A stretch of DNA of 64,000 nucleotides from an uncultured Acidobacteriota bacterium. GTDB lineage: Bacteria; Acidobacteriota; JAQAZP01. Position numbers and translations under genes: made by a program. Location of the stretch: the NCBI GenBank assembly GCA_963836075.1, contig CAWIIB010000001.1, positions 2,080,001 through 2,144,000 on the forward strand. The letters run 5' to 3'. The notes beneath the pieces were generated by a model. It made no database searches. It was given only the letters and a program-made list of their open reading frames with translations, and was not told the DNA's origin. How positions within the stretch are numbered: position 1 is the first letter of the stretch; the number at the start of each line of letters is the position of its first letter. Below are positions 31,627 through 42,238 of this stretch, in pieces.

Positions 31627-31897
31627 CGGCGACGCCCCCGGACTGCACGTTGCCTGCATGAAGGTTGTTCAGGGAATATCTGACACACCGATCGAGGCCA
31701 GTGAAAATAGTATACAAAAGACCGCGTGGATTGCACAAATAGACAACAGGAGCGAAGGCCGGTGGGTTGAAACCTGATCAGGTTGAGGACAACCGTCTCA
31801 GTCGCCGGAATCAAGGGGATTGATCCAGGTCAGGGAGTCGAAACGTCCAAAGTCACGGTCGGCCGATAGCTCTATTCCGGAAAATAGACGTAGGGAC

Positions 31898-32707
31898 CTA
31901 CCGCCGGCGGATGCGGTGCGCCTCCAGCTGGTGCCGGCGGTTGAACAGGCTGCGGCCGGCGAGAAGGGTGATCCCCATGCAGCCGAGGGAGGTGGCGCCG
32001 GCGATCATGAACATCACCACCATCTGGTATTTCACCGCCTCCAACGGGTCGGTGCCGGAAAGGATCTGACCGGTCATCATCCCCGGCAGGGCCACAATGC
32101 CCACCACCATCATGGTGTTGATGATCGGGATCATTCCCCGCCGCACCGCATTGGCCATGGGGCCGCGGCCGGCTTCCCAGGCGGAGGCGCCGAGGGCCAG
32201 TTCCATCTCCACCTCCTCCCGTTTCCCGGCCAGGGTTTCCAGCAGCAGGTCGAGGCTCAGCGAGATCCCGGTGAGCCCGTTGCCGAGGATCATCCCCAGC
32301 AGCGGGATCATGTACTGGGGGCGCCACCAGGGGTCGACGCCGACGACGAGGTGGGTGACAGTGACCGTGGTGATCATCCCGGTGACGGTGAGGCTGAGGA
32401 ACGCGAGCCAGGAGACACCGGTAAAGGTGCGGGAGGGGCGGGTCACCGCGGCCCGGCTGGCGGCCACGATCATCAGCAGCGCCAGCCCGAGGACCAGGGG
32501 CAGGCTGTCGATGCCGAAGACCCATTTCAGCAGGTAGCCGATGAGCAGCAGCTGGACCACCGTGCGCACGGAAGCCACCAGCAGCTGTTTCTCCAGCTTG
32601 AGCCGCAGCAGGACACTCACCACGCCGGCCACCAGCACCAGCAGGGCCGCAACGACCAGGTCCAGCGCCTGCAGTTCAATCACCCCGGCTGTGGCATGCT
32701 CAACCAT
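31898..32707 (-). CDS. fetB: FetB/YbbM (UPF0014) ABC permease
   Basis: RTVVQLLLIGY, PQYMIPLLGMILGN, VGIVALPGMMTGQILSG.DP..AVKYQ. Confidence 0.88.
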   Translation of the reverse strand: MVEHATAGVIELQALDLVVAALLVLVAGVVSVLLRLKLEKQLLVASVRTVVQLLLIGYLLKWVFGIDSLPLVLGLALLMIVAASRAAVTRPSRTFTGVSWLAFLSLTVTGMITTVTVTHLVVGVDPWWRPQYMIPLLGMILGNGLTGISLSLDLLLETLAGKREEVEMELALGASAWEAGRGPMANAVRRGMIPIINTMMVVGIVALPGMMTGQILSGTDPLEAVKYQMVVMFMIAGATSLGCMGITLLAGRSLFNRRHQLEAHRIRRR

Positions 32708-33389
32708 CGGCGCCCTCCGGGTCGATACAGGAGTAGCCCTTGAGGTCCAGATGCCGGTGGCACCAGCTGGAGGCCTCGCTCCGGTCGTGGGTCACCAGCA
32801 GGGCGGAGAGGCCGCGTGTGGTCACTTCCCGCTCCAGCTGCTTCCTGAGGCGCCCGGCACTCTCCTCGTCCAGGGCGCTGGCCGGTTCGTCCAGCAGGAG
32901 CACCGCCGGGTCGAGCAGCAGGGCGCGGACAAAGCTGACCCGCAGCTGCTGTCCCACCGATAGGGAGCGCGCCTGCTGGTCCATCCGCTCCCCGCCCACG
33001 CCGATCGACTCCAGCAGTTCCTCGGCCCGCTGCCGGGGAAAAGAGACACCGGCCGCGCTGCGGTAACCAAAGGGGCGGGCGAGATTTTCATGGATCGACG
33101 CCTCCAGCATCACCGGGCGCTGGGCAACATAGACCACCCGGCGGCGATAGGCGGGCCAGCCGTGCTCTCCGGGGGAGAGACCGAGAAATGTGACCCGGCC
33201 CCCGGCCGGGTCGATGATGCCGGCCACCGAACGGAGCAAGGTGGTCTTGCCGCAGCCGGAGGGCCCGGTGAGGGCCAGCAGTTCGCCCCGCTCCAGGGAG
33301 AGGGAGACTTCCCTGAGCAGGCAGTGCCCTTCGGCCTCCACCGCTACCCCCTCAAGTTCCAGCACCCTCGTTTCCACCGTGACCTCCAT
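32700..33389 (-). CDS. ABC ATP-binding protein (FetA-like)
   Basis: Walker A GPSGCGKTT, LSVGQQ signature, LLLDEP, VTHD; overlaps fetB. Confidence 0.9.
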   Translation of the reverse strand: MEVTVETRVLELEGVAVEAEGHCLLREVSLSLERGELLALTGPSGCGKTTLLRSVAGIIDPAGGRVTFLGLSPGEHGWPAYRRRVVYVAQRPVMLEASIHENLARPFGYRSAAGVSFPRQRAEELLESIGVGGERMDQQARSLSVGQQLRVSFVRALLLDPAVLLLDEPASALDEESAGRLRKQLEREVTTRGLSALLVTHDRSEASSWCHRHLDLKGYSCIDPEGADG

Positions 33390-33483
33390 TCAGCGTGACA
33401 GCCTATTTTACTCCAAAGACCGGCTGTGGTATCATTCAGCGGTTAACTTCATGAATAAAAGATAGTTACAACATATTCACCAT

Positions 33484-34914
33484 ATGGGTCACGGGAGAAT
33501 CCACCGCGTGCAGAGCGAGACCGGCAACCGGAACGGAACGGCGGGGCGTACGGAAGGACGCAACGTGCTGATCATCTCCAGCGACGTGATCGGGGAACGG
33601 GTGGCCGGCCCGGGTGTGCGCTACCTGGAGATGGCCCGCTGTCTCTCGGCACGGCACCAGGTGACCCTGATGGCACCGAAATTGACCTCCGCTCCGGCGG
33701 GGAGCCGGTTCAAAGCCGTGCCGTTGACCCGCTCCGCAATGAAACGTGCGCTCTCCCGCTGTTCGGTGGTGGTCTCCCAGGGGTTCGTCTGTTCATCGTG
33801 GTCGACGGTGACCACTGGAGCAGCCCAGGTCATCGACCTCTACGCCCCGCTCCCGCTGGAAATGCTCGAGGCCGGCCAGGCGGGCCATGGGACGGCCGGT
33901 GAAGCGGCCTTCTACCGCCGCTACGTGGCCCTGCGGCTGGGGCTGCTGATGGCCCACGGCGATTTTTTCGTCTGCGCTTCGGCCAGGCAACGCGACTTCT
34001 GGCTGGGACAGCTGGCCGCCGCCGGGCGGGTGAACAGGGCCAACTTCGAGCAGGACCACGGGCTGCGCAGACTGATCGACTGTGTCCCCTTCGGTACGCC
34101 CGTCGATCCGTTTCCCGGGTCAGGAGACCGAGCCGCGGACCGCCGGAGTGCGCGCGAATCGATCAAGGGGGTCGGAGAAGATGACTTTCTGCTGCTCTGG
34201 GGCGGCGGTATCTGGCCCTGGCTCGACCCCAGTACCGCCATCCGTGCCGCGGTCCTGGCCGCGAAGAAACGGCCGGAGGTCAAACTGCTTTTCCTTGGCA
34301 CCGGCCACCCCAACCCGGGAGTGACCACCGGGGTCGGGGCCGAGGAGCAGGCCCGGAAATGTGCCGGGGAGCTCGGGGCCCTGGGTCAATCGGTACTGTT
34401 CAACGAGCAGTGGATCCCGTTTGAGAAGCGGGTCGATTTTCTGACCGCGGCAGACGCCGGCCTGCTGGCCCACAAACCGGGGATCGAAACACGGTTCGCC
34501 TTCCGCACCCGCCTGCTGGACTGCTTCTGGGCCGGGTTGCCGGTGGTCGCCACTGCCGGGGACGAACTGTCCGCACTGGCCGCGGAGCACGGAGCCGGGA
34601 TGGCCGTGCCCCCGGAAGATCCCCAGGCCCTGGCCGAGGCCATCGTCGCCCTGGCTGAGAACCGGGAGAGGCGTGAAAAGGCGGGCGCCGCATCGGCACA
34701 ACTGGGCGAGCAGTATCGCTGGGACCGGGTCTTCGCCCCGCTGGAGCGGTTTGTCGAACTGCCGCACACCCGCCGCTCCCGCGGTGAACGGGGGACTGCG
34801 GCCAGCGGACGGTGGAGTGCCATCCGCTACTCGCTGGCCGTGGCGGCGCTGGGTGTGCGCTACGGGCTCTGGCGCCGGGCGCTGCGCAAGCTGTACCCGG
34901 GGAAGCGGGCCTAG
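33484..34914 (+). CDS. GT4-like glycosyltransferase
   Basis: AGPGVRY, LWGGGIWPWLDP, ETRFAFRTRLLD..WAGLPVV. Confidence 0.85.
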   Translation: MGHGRIHRVQSETGNRNGTAGRTEGRNVLIISSDVIGERVAGPGVRYLEMARCLSARHQVTLMAPKLTSAPAGSRFKAVPLTRSAMKRALSRCSVVVSQGFVCSSWSTVTTGAAQVIDLYAPLPLEMLEAGQAGHGTAGEAAFYRRYVALRLGLLMAHGDFFVCASARQRDFWLGQLAAAGRVNRANFEQDHGLRRLIDCVPFGTPVDPFPGSGDRAADRRSARESIKGVGEDDFLLLWGGGIWPWLDPSTAIRAAVLAAKKRPEVKLLFLGTGHPNPGVTTGVGAEEQARKCAGELGALGQSVLFNEQWIPFEKRVDFLTAADAGLLAHKPGIETRFAFRTRLLDCFWAGLPVVATAGDELSALAAEHGAGMAVPPEDPQALAEAIVALAENRERREKAGAASAQLGEQYRWDRVFAPLERFVELPHTRRSRGERGTAASGRWSAIRYSLAVAALGVRYGLWRRALRKLYPGKRA

Positions 34915-34932
34915 AAACAACGAGGATCGTCA

Positions 34933-35901
34933 GTGACAGCGGTCTCGATCATCATCGTCAATTACAACACGCGGGATCCGCTGGAGCAGTGTCTCCGAAG
35001 CATCGCCGGCGCGTCCCCCGGCGTGGAAACGGTGGTGACCGACAACGGTTCAACCGACGGCAGTGTTCAGCTGGTCCGCCAGAGCTTCCCCGATGTGCGG
35101 CTGGTGACCGGCAAGGGGAACCTCGGCTTTGCCGGCGGCTGCAATAGCGGAGCGAAATCGTCCTCCGGCACCTACTTGCTCTTCCTGAACAGCGACTGCC
35201 GGGTCCGGCCCGGGTCGGTGGAGGCGCTGGCCAGTTTTCTCGACGAGAACCCGCAGGCCGCGGCGGCGGCCGGCCGCCTGGTGGACGCCGACGGGGAAAC
35301 CCAGGCCGGTTTCAACGTCCGGCGGTTGCCCACCGTCTGGAGCATCAGCGCCGACCTGCTGCTGCTGCACCGCATGATTCCCGCCAACCGGCTCTCCGCC
35401 GGCTACCGCATGTCCGGCTTCGACCACTCCGGCACCGTGGAAGTGGAACAGCCGGCCGGCGCCTGCCTGATGATTCGTCGTGAACTGTTCCAGCAGCTGG
35501 GCGGCTTCGATGAGGCGTTTCACCCGGCCTGGTTCGAGGACGTGGATCTCTGTTGCCGGTTGCGGGACAGCGGCGCCAGGATTTTCTTTGTTCCCGACGC
35601 GGTGTTCGAGCATCTGGGCGGGGCCACCATGCGCCGTCTCGATTTCCGTTGTTTCACCAGAATGTACTACCGCAACCAGAGCGTCTACCTGAAAAAACAG
35701 TTCGGTCTGCCGGCGCGGCTTTTTCTCCGGGCCATGATCGTTGCCGGCATGGGCCTCAGGGCCCTGCTGGTCCTGGTCACACCCTTCCGGTTCGGCGGCC
35801 CGGTTGGCGGAGCCGGCCGGGCCGAGGCGGCAGGGGCTTTTCTCTCGGTGATCCCGCCCACCATTTCCGGCTGGCCTTTGGAGCAGGAACCCGATGACTG
35901 A
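34933..35901 (+). CDS. GT2 glycosyltransferase (rhamnosyltransferase-like)
   Basis: SIIIVNYNT, DNGSTDGS, NLGFAGGCN, LFLNSD, GGFDE.F..FEDVDLC. Confidence 0.9.
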   Translation: MTAVSIIIVNYNTRDPLEQCLRSIAGASPGVETVVTDNGSTDGSVQLVRQSFPDVRLVTGKGNLGFAGGCNSGAKSSSGTYLLFLNSDCRVRPGSVEALASFLDENPQAAAAAGRLVDADGETQAGFNVRRLPTVWSISADLLLLHRMIPANRLSAGYRMSGFDHSGTVEVEQPAGACLMIRRELFQQLGGFDEAFHPAWFEDVDLCCRLRDSGARIFFVPDAVFEHLGGATMRRLDFRCFTRMYYRNQSVYLKKQFGLPARLFLRAMIVAGMGLRALLVLVTPFRFGGPVGGAGRAEAAGAFLSVIPPTISGWPLEQEPDD

Positions 35902-36926
35902 GAGCCCGATCAGTGTCACTATCGTCACCTGGAACAGCGGCCGGGACATCACCCGCTGTCTCGACTCGCTGGCGGTCCAGACCGCTGAGCCCCGGGAAGT
36001 GGTGGTGGTGGACAACGCATCCAGCGACGACTCGGTCCGGCTGGTGGAGACCCACCCGCTGCGGCCGCGGCTGCTGCGCAACGAGACCAACCTGGGGTTC
36101 ACCGCCGGCCACAACCGGGCCATGGCTCAAACCGCCGGCCCGTGGGTGCTGGTGCTCAACCCCGACCTGGTGCTGGCCCCCGACTATCTCGAAAAGGTGC
36201 TGGCGGCAGCGGCCGGGCGGGACCGGGTGGGATCGGTGGCCGGCAAGCTGCTGCGCATGCCCCAGGCGCTGCCCGATGGCCCGCCCGCCCAGTGGCCCGG
36301 AGAGACCTGGGACGGCGGCGTGATCGACTCCACCGGCATCCTGGTCACCCCCCAGTGCCGGCACCTGGACCGCGGGGCCGGGGGGCAGGACCGCGGCCAG
36401 TACCGAGCGGAGCGAGTTCGTCTTCGGTGTCAGCGGCGCCGCGGCCCTCTACCGCCGCACCATGCTCGAGGACACGGCGGTGGGGGGCGAGATTTTTGAC
36501 GAGGACTTCTGGAGCTTCCGTGAGGACGCCGACCTCTCCTGGCGCAGCCAGTTGATGGGCTGGGACACTCTCTACTGCCCGGCGGCGCGGGCGCTGCACC
36601 GCCGGTCGGTGACCCCCCGGCGGCGGCGGCAGCTGGACCCGGCGATCAACCGTCACTCGGTGAAAAACCGCTTCCTGCTGCGGATCAAGAACCAGACCGC
36701 CGGGCACGCCCTGCGCTTCTTTTTCCCCACCCTGTTCCGCGACCTGCTGGTTCTCGGGGCCCTGTTCACCGTGGAGTGGTCCTCCCTGCCCGCTCTCTCC
36801 TGGCTCTGGCGCAACCGCCACCGCATGATGAAGAAACGAAAGGAGATCATGGCCCGCCGGACACGGCCCGAAGCGGAGGTCAACGACTGGTTCCGCAGGG
36901 GCCGGGAGGCCCGGCCCGCCGGTTGA
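35894..36926 (+). CDS. GT2 glycosyltransferase; apparent +1 frameshift at ~36404
   Basis: VTWNS, VDNASSDDS, LNPD. Removing one C after CAGTAC gives DRGQYERSEFVFGVSGAAALYRR and joins FDEDF..REDADLSWR. Confidence 0.85.
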
Positions 36927-36995
36927 CTTGAACGGGTCGCGGTGCTAGCGTAATCGCTTTGACAGACGGCTTTTTCCCCAGCGGAGGCGCGCGCA

Positions 36996-37898
36996 ATGAA
37001 GGGAATCATACTGGCGGGAGGCTCGGGCACACGCTTGTATCCCATAACCCGGGTGGTGAGCAAACAGCTGCTCCCGATCTACGACAAGCCGATGATCTAC
37101 TTCCCGCTCTCCGTCCTGATGCTGGCCGGAATCAGGGAGATCCTGATCATCTCCACCCCCGAGGACCTGCCCCGATTCCGAACTCTGCTGGGTGACGGGT
37201 CCGATCTGGGTCTGACCCTCTCCTATGCCGAACAGCCGCGCCCTGAAGGGCTGGCCCAGGCCTTCATCATCGGCAAGCCGTTCATCGGCGACGACCCGGT
37301 GGCCCTGGTGCTGGGCGACAACATCTTCCACGGCCAGGGGCTCTCCGAGACCTTCCGCCGCTGCGCCGAACTGAAACAGGGCGGGGTGATTTTCGGCTAC
37401 CTGGTCCGCGACCCCGAACGGTACGGGGTGGTTGATTTCGACGCGCAGGGCAAGGTGCTGAGCATCGAGGAGAAACCGGAAAAGCCGAAGTCGAGCTACG
37501 CCGTCCCCGGGCTCTATTTCTACGACAACGACGTGGTGGCCATCGCCGAAGCGCTGAAGCCGTCCCCGCGGGGCGAGCTGGAGATCACCGACGTGAACCT
37601 GGAGTACCTGCGCCGGGGCCAGCTGCGGGTTGAACTGCTGGGCCGCGGCGTGGCCTGGCTGGACACCGGCACCTTTCAGTCGCTGCAGCAGGCATCCAGT
37701 TTCGTACGGGCGATCCAGGAACGGCAGGGACTGCAGATCGCCTGTATCGAGGAGATCGCCTACCGCCTGGGCTACATCGATGCCGAAGCCCTGAAGAAGC
37801 TGTCCAGCGATATGCTGAAGAATGAATACGGCATGTATCTCAGCCGGATCCTGGAAGAGAACGACGAGGAAAGGTTAAATGCCCGTAAAATCTTTTGA
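36996..37898 (+). CDS. rfbA: Glucose-1-phosphate thymidylyltransferase
   Basis: [28 protein letters not shown]; RGELEITD; AWLDTGT. Confidence 0.97.
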   Translation: MKGIILAGGSGTRLYPITRVVSKQLLPIYDKPMIYFPLSVLMLAGIREILIISTPEDLPRFRTLLGDGSDLGLTLSYAEQPRPEGLAQAFIIGKPFIGDDPVALVLGDNIFHGQGLSETFRRCAELKQGGVIFGYLVRDPERYGVVDFDAQGKVLSIEEKPEKPKSSYAVPGLYFYDNDVVAIAEALKPSPRGELEITDVNLEYLRRGQLRVELLGRGVAWLDTGTFQSLQQASSFVRAIQERQGLQIACIEEIAYRLGYIDAEALKKLSSDMLKNEYGMYLSRILEENDEERLNARKIF

Positions 37899-38445
37899 GG
37901 AGACACCGCTGGCCGGGGTGAAGCTGATCCACCCGGCGGTATTCGAAGACCCGCGCGGCTTCTTCATGGAAACATTCCACCAGGGGACCTACGCCGGGGC
38001 GGGCATCGACGGGCCCTTTGTCCAGGACAACTACTCCCACTCCTGCCGCGGCACCCTGCGCGGCCTGCACTACCAGCGCAAAAACGCCCAGGACAAGCTG
38101 GTCTTTGTCGTCACCGGCGAGATCTTCGACGTGGCGGTGGATATCCGCCGCGGCTCCCCCACCTTTGGCCGGTGGTTTGGCGCCCGCCTCTCGGAAGAGA
38201 ACCGGACCCAGATCTACGTGCCCAAGGGGTTCGCCCACGGTTTCTGCGTGCTCAGCAAAACCGCCGATGTGATGTACAAGTGCACCGACGTCTACGCCCC
38301 GGGTGACGAATACGGCATCCTCTGGTCCGACCCGGCCATCGGCATCGACTGGCCCTGCGCCGAACCGATCCTTTCCGACAAGGACCAGTTGCACCCCCGG
38401 CTGGCCGACGCCCCGGACCACGCGCTGTTCGATTATCAGCCGTAG
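37879..38445 (+). CDS. rfbC: dTDP-4-dehydrorhamnose 3,5-epimerase
   Basis: [43 protein letters not shown]. Confidence 0.96.
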   Translation: MPVKSFEETPLAGVKLIHPAVFEDPRGFFMETFHQGTYAGAGIDGPFVQDNYSHSCRGTLRGLHYQRKNAQDKLVFVVTGEIFDVAVDIRRGSPTFGRWFGARLSEENRTQIYVPKGFAHGFCVLSKTADVMYKCTDVYAPGDEYGILWSDPAIGIDWPCAEPILSDKDQLHPRLADAPDHALFDYQP

Positions 38446-38543
38446 ATTCGAGATGCCGCGCACGTCATCATGGAGTGCCGTACGCCCTCCCGAACCGCCT
38501 GCAAAAACATCGATTCCGAATGCTGCTATCCGGGACCGTACAG

Positions 38544-38578
38544 AAAAAGGCCCCGCCGGCGAACCGACAGGGCTTTTT
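38544..38578. terminator. Bidirectional intrinsic terminator between convergent genes
   Basis: AAAAAGGCCC...GGGCTTTTT. Confidence 0.7.
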
Positions 38579-38594
38579 CAACCGGGTGGTTTTC

Positions 38595-39443
38595 TTACTG
38601 GGCCACGATCTGCATGTGGCTGATGTGGCTCAGGTGCTCACGATAGGAACCCTCTTCCACAAAGTCCATGATCGAAGTCCAGCGGGCACGGCGGCCCTCC
38701 TCGTCCATCTCGCCCCAGTGCGCTTCAGACGCGGCACGCACCTTGTCCAGACCGGCGCCGTCGTTTACCACGAACCAGACCATCTGGGTACCGGGCTTGC
38801 CGGTGACGATCTCCTCCTCGGAGCGACCGAAGGCCACGATGTCGCCGGAGGCCAGCAACTGCTCGTAGATCGGCTTGATCCGGTGGTTATAGTAGCTGAG
38901 GTAGGCCTTGCCCTTGCCCATCTTCACCCGGAAATGACCTGACTGGAAGTAGCCGCCTTCCACCGTGGCCTGGCGAGCCCGCTGGTATTCGGTGCGCAGC
39001 ATGAAGTCGGCGTGCTTGACCACCATCTCCTCGAACATGGTGTCCTGGGCTTTCTGCGCGGACTCGTCCAACTTGTCATACGCCTGCTTCCATGCGGCGT
39101 ACACCTTGTCCATGTCGGCCATGCTGTTGGTGCTGAACCAGGTGCTGTGGGTGTAGCCGTCGGGGCTGTGCAGTGAAGTGGCATCGATACCGAACTCGCT
39201 GATCACGCCGTCGGCGAGCAGCTGCTCCATCGCCGGCCGGTTCTGTTCCTTCATGAACTCCACGAAGTCACCCCAGTTAGAGCGCTTCACGTCCCAGACG
39301 GCGACCCGGGTGAACACCGGTTTCATTTCGTCATCTTCGGCGGCCACGGCCGGGATAGAGGTGAAGCTCAGCATCAGGCACAGGGCCAGGGCCAGGCTGG
39401 AGATACGAGCGAGAGCACGATACTTGAAATTGGTGTTGGTCAT
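38595..39443 (-). CDS. Exported hypothetical protein with two tandem alpha/beta (NIPSNAP-like) halves
   Basis: Signal peptide ending AVA-A; internal duplication RPAMEQLLADG..FG / KPIYEQLLASG..FG. Confidence 0.75.
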   Translation of the reverse strand: MTNTNFKYRALARISSLALALCLMLSFTSIPAVAAEDDEMKPVFTRVAVWDVKRSNWGDFVEFMKEQNRPAMEQLLADGVISEFGIDATSLHSPDGYTHSTWFSTNSMADMDKVYAAWKQAYDKLDESAQKAQDTMFEEMVVKHADFMLRTEYQRARQATVEGGYFQSGHFRVKMGKGKAYLSYYNHRIKPIYEQLLASGDIVAFGRSEEEIVTGKPGTQMVWFVVNDGAGLDKVRAASEAHWGEMDEEGRRARWTSIMDFVEEGSYREHLSHISHMQIVAQ

Positions 39444-39850
39444 TTTTTTCTTGCTTTCCCATTGCGCGCCACTAGAAGCGCTGCTGATTTTCGGGGCTGC
39501 GGAATACACGCGAATGTCATGCCTGCCCATCGGCGGCCGGTCCGGTGTCCTCACCAAGCCCACGAGTTGTTCTGTTGAGCCAATTGAGAGTCAGGTCTGA
39601 GCCACCATGATGAGGGGAAAGTTAGCGGAAGGAAAGAAAAAGATTCTGTCCAGCAGGGATGATTCCAGGCGCAAGAAAAGATAACAGACGCAACTCTTTA
39701 ATTTACAACAACATATATCAACGCGCAGACCTGATATCGATGCGGCCACCATCCGGGAACAGAGGTATCATCACACCCGCCGGGCACCGTCAACCGCAAT
39801 AGAGAATGACTTTCCGTGAAGGAAAGCGGCATATTCGCTGCCGTCCGAGC

Positions 39851-40903
39851 TTACTTTTCGTACTGCCGACGCATCCAGTTCTGGTATTCGCCGCTGCGCA
39901 CCCGGTCGACCCACTGACTGTTGTCCAGGTACCACTGGATGGTCTTTTCCACGCCGCTGTCCAGCGACTCTTCCGGGGACCAGCCCAATTCGGACTGCAG
40001 CTTGGAGAAGTCGATGGCATAGCGCAGGTCGTGGCCCGGGCGGTCCTTGACAAAGGTGATCAGTTTCCGCCGGGCGCGGCCGTCGGGCAGAGCGCGCCGG
40101 GCGTCGAGGCGGTCACAGATCATCTCCACGATGGCCAGGTTCTCCATCTCGGTGGCGCCACCCACGTTGTAAGTCTCGCCGTGCCGGCCGCGGGTCATGA
40201 TGGTCCAGATGGCGGTGCAGTGGTCGCGGACGTAGAGCCAGTCGCGGACGTTCTTCCCGTCGCCGTAGACCGGCAGCGGCTGGCCTTCCAGGGCATTGAG
40301 GATCATCAGCGGGATCAGTTTCTCGGGGAACTGGTACGGCCCGTAGTTGTTCGAGCAGTTGGAGATGGTCACCGGCAGGCCGTAGGTCTTGTGGTAGGCC
40401 CGCACCAGGTGGTCCGAGGAGGCCTTGGATGCCGAGTAGGGGCTGTTCGGCTTGTAGGACGTGGTCTCGGTGAACAGTCCGTCCGCCCCCAGGCTGCCGA
40501 AAACCTCGTCGGTGGAGATGTGGTGGAAGAGGACCAGCCGGTCCAGGCATGCCCGGGCCACCTCCAGCAGGTTGAAGGTGCCGACGATGTTGGTCTGGAT
40601 GAACTGGTCCGGCCCGAGGATCGAGCGGTCCACATGGGACTCGGCGGCGAAGTGGCAGACCGCATCTACCTCGTACGTCTCGAAGATATCCTTCAGCTCC
40701 CCCACGGTGCAGATGTCGGTCTTCTCGAAGACGTAGCGGTCGCCATACGTACCGGCCACGTCGGCCACGCTCTCCGGGTTGCCGGCATAGGTCAGGCTGT
40801 CCAGGTTGATCACCCGCCCGGCGAAATCGGATTCCTCGAGCAGGTAGCGGACAAAGTTCGAACCGATGAAGCCACAGCCCCCGGTCACCAGCAGATTGTT
40901 CAT
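39851..40903 (-). CDS. rfbB: dTDP-glucose 4,6-dehydratase
   Basis: [51 protein letters not shown]. Confidence 0.97.
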   Translation of the reverse strand: MNNLLVTGGCGFIGSNFVRYLLEESDFAGRVINLDSLTYAGNPESVADVAGTYGDRYVFEKTDICTVGELKDIFETYEVDAVCHFAAESHVDRSILGPDQFIQTNIVGTFNLLEVARACLDRLVLFHHISTDEVFGSLGADGLFTETTSYKPNSPYSASKASSDHLVRAYHKTYGLPVTISNCSNNYGPYQFPEKLIPLMILNALEGQPLPVYGDGKNVRDWLYVRDHCTAIWTIMTRGRHGETYNVGGATEMENLAIVEMICDRLDARRALPDGRARRKLITFVKDRPGHDLRYAIDFSKLQSELGWSPEESLDSGVEKTIQWYLDNSQWVDRVRSGEYQNWMRRQYEK

Positions 40904-41116
40904 CTTCAGGCCCACGTCACCATCTCCTCCACTGAGCGGCCGGATCGCACCGGCCGGACACTGATAATCGCCTGACGGTGTCAGCATAACATGGATCGGA
41001 TTGATGGCCCTACCCTGTTTACAGGGCCGGATCACTGTGGTATCCTCGCTTCGCTTAAAGTTTTGAATCAAAGCAGGTTATAGCCAACGAGGCGGCCGCA
41101 ACACCGCCAGGTGAAC

Positions 41117-42223
41117 ATGCGCATCGCGATCATCGGGACACGGGGAATCCCCGCCAACTACGGCGGTTTCGAAACCCTGGCCGAGCAGCTCTCCCTGCGG
41201 CTGGCCGGCCGGGGGCACGACGTCACCGTCTATTGCCGCAAGGCCTACGCCAGCCACCCCCACGGCCACGTCCACCAGGGGGTGAAACTGGCGGTGCTGC
41301 CCACCATCCGGCACAAGTATCTCGACACGGTGGTTCACTCCCTGCTCTCCACGCTCCACGCCCTGCCCAGGCGCTACGACGCGATCCTGGTCTGCAACGC
41401 GGCCAACACGATGGTCACCTTCATGCCGCGGCTCTTCGGCACACCGGTGGCGGTGAACGTGGACGGGCTGGAGCGCAAGCGCAAAAAGTGGAACGCCCTG
41501 GGACGGGCCTGGTACCGCCTCTCCGAGCGGCTGAGCACCGTCCTGCCCAGCGCCATCATCACCGACGCCCGGACCATCGAGACCTACTATGCCGAGCGCT
41601 ACGGCAAGGAGTCGACCTTCATCCCCTACGGGGTGGAGGCCGGGGGCGAGGAAGGGACGGAGACCCTGGAACAGTTCGATTTGCAGCCGAATGGGTATAT
41701 GCTTTATGTGAGCCGCCTGGAGCCGGAAAACAACGCCGACCTGGTGGTCAAGGCATTCGAGCGGGTGAAGAGCGAGCGCCGGCTGGTGATCGTGGGTGAC
41801 GCGCCCTACGCCGGCGAGTACATCAGGCAGCTCAAGGCGACCACAGACCCGCGGGTGGTCTTCACCGGCACCATCTTCGGCCAGGGGTACCGCCAGTTGC
41901 AGAGCGGGGCTTATTGCTACATCCAGGCCACCGAAGTTGGCGGCACCCACCCGGCACTGGTGGAGGCGATGGGTTTCGGCAACTGCGTGGCCGCCGCCGA
42001 CGTCCCCGAACACCGGGAAGTGCTGGGAGAGAACGGGTTCTATTTCCCGCTGGGCGACCCGGCGGGGCTGGCCGCCATTCTCCAGCAGTTCGAGGATCAG
42101 CCGGAGCTGGTGGCCGCGGCCGGCCGGGCCAACGGCCGCCGCTCCGCCGACCGCTACTCCTGGGACGCGGTCACCGACGGCTACGAGGCGCTGCTGCGCC
42201 GGCTGGCCGGCGAGGAAGAGTGA
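41117..42223 (+). CDS. GT4 glycosyltransferase (DUF1972 type)
   Basis: IIGTRGIPANYGGFET, VNVDGLE, RLEPENN, GGTHPALVEAMG. Confidence 0.9.
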   Translation: MRIAIIGTRGIPANYGGFETLAEQLSLRLAGRGHDVTVYCRKAYASHPHGHVHQGVKLAVLPTIRHKYLDTVVHSLLSTLHALPRRYDAILVCNAANTMVTFMPRLFGTPVAVNVDGLERKRKKWNALGRAWYRLSERLSTVLPSAIITDARTIETYYAERYGKESTFIPYGVEAGGEEGTETLEQFDLQPNGYMLYVSRLEPENNADLVVKAFERVKSERRLVIVGDAPYAGEYIRQLKATTDPRVVFTGTIFGQGYRQLQSGAYCYIQATEVGGTHPALVEAMGFGNCVAAADVPEHREVLGENGFYFPLGDPAGLAAILQQFEDQPELVAAAGRANGRRSADRYSWDAVTDGYEALLRRLAGEEE

Positions 42224-42238
42224 CGGGGTAGAACGGGG

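Noticed and set aside
36380-36385. G6 homopolymer as the cause of the GT2 frameshift (phase variation)
   Set aside because: The upstream frame still reads a plausible DRG....DRGQY past the run, placing the break after CAGTAC; not fully excluded.
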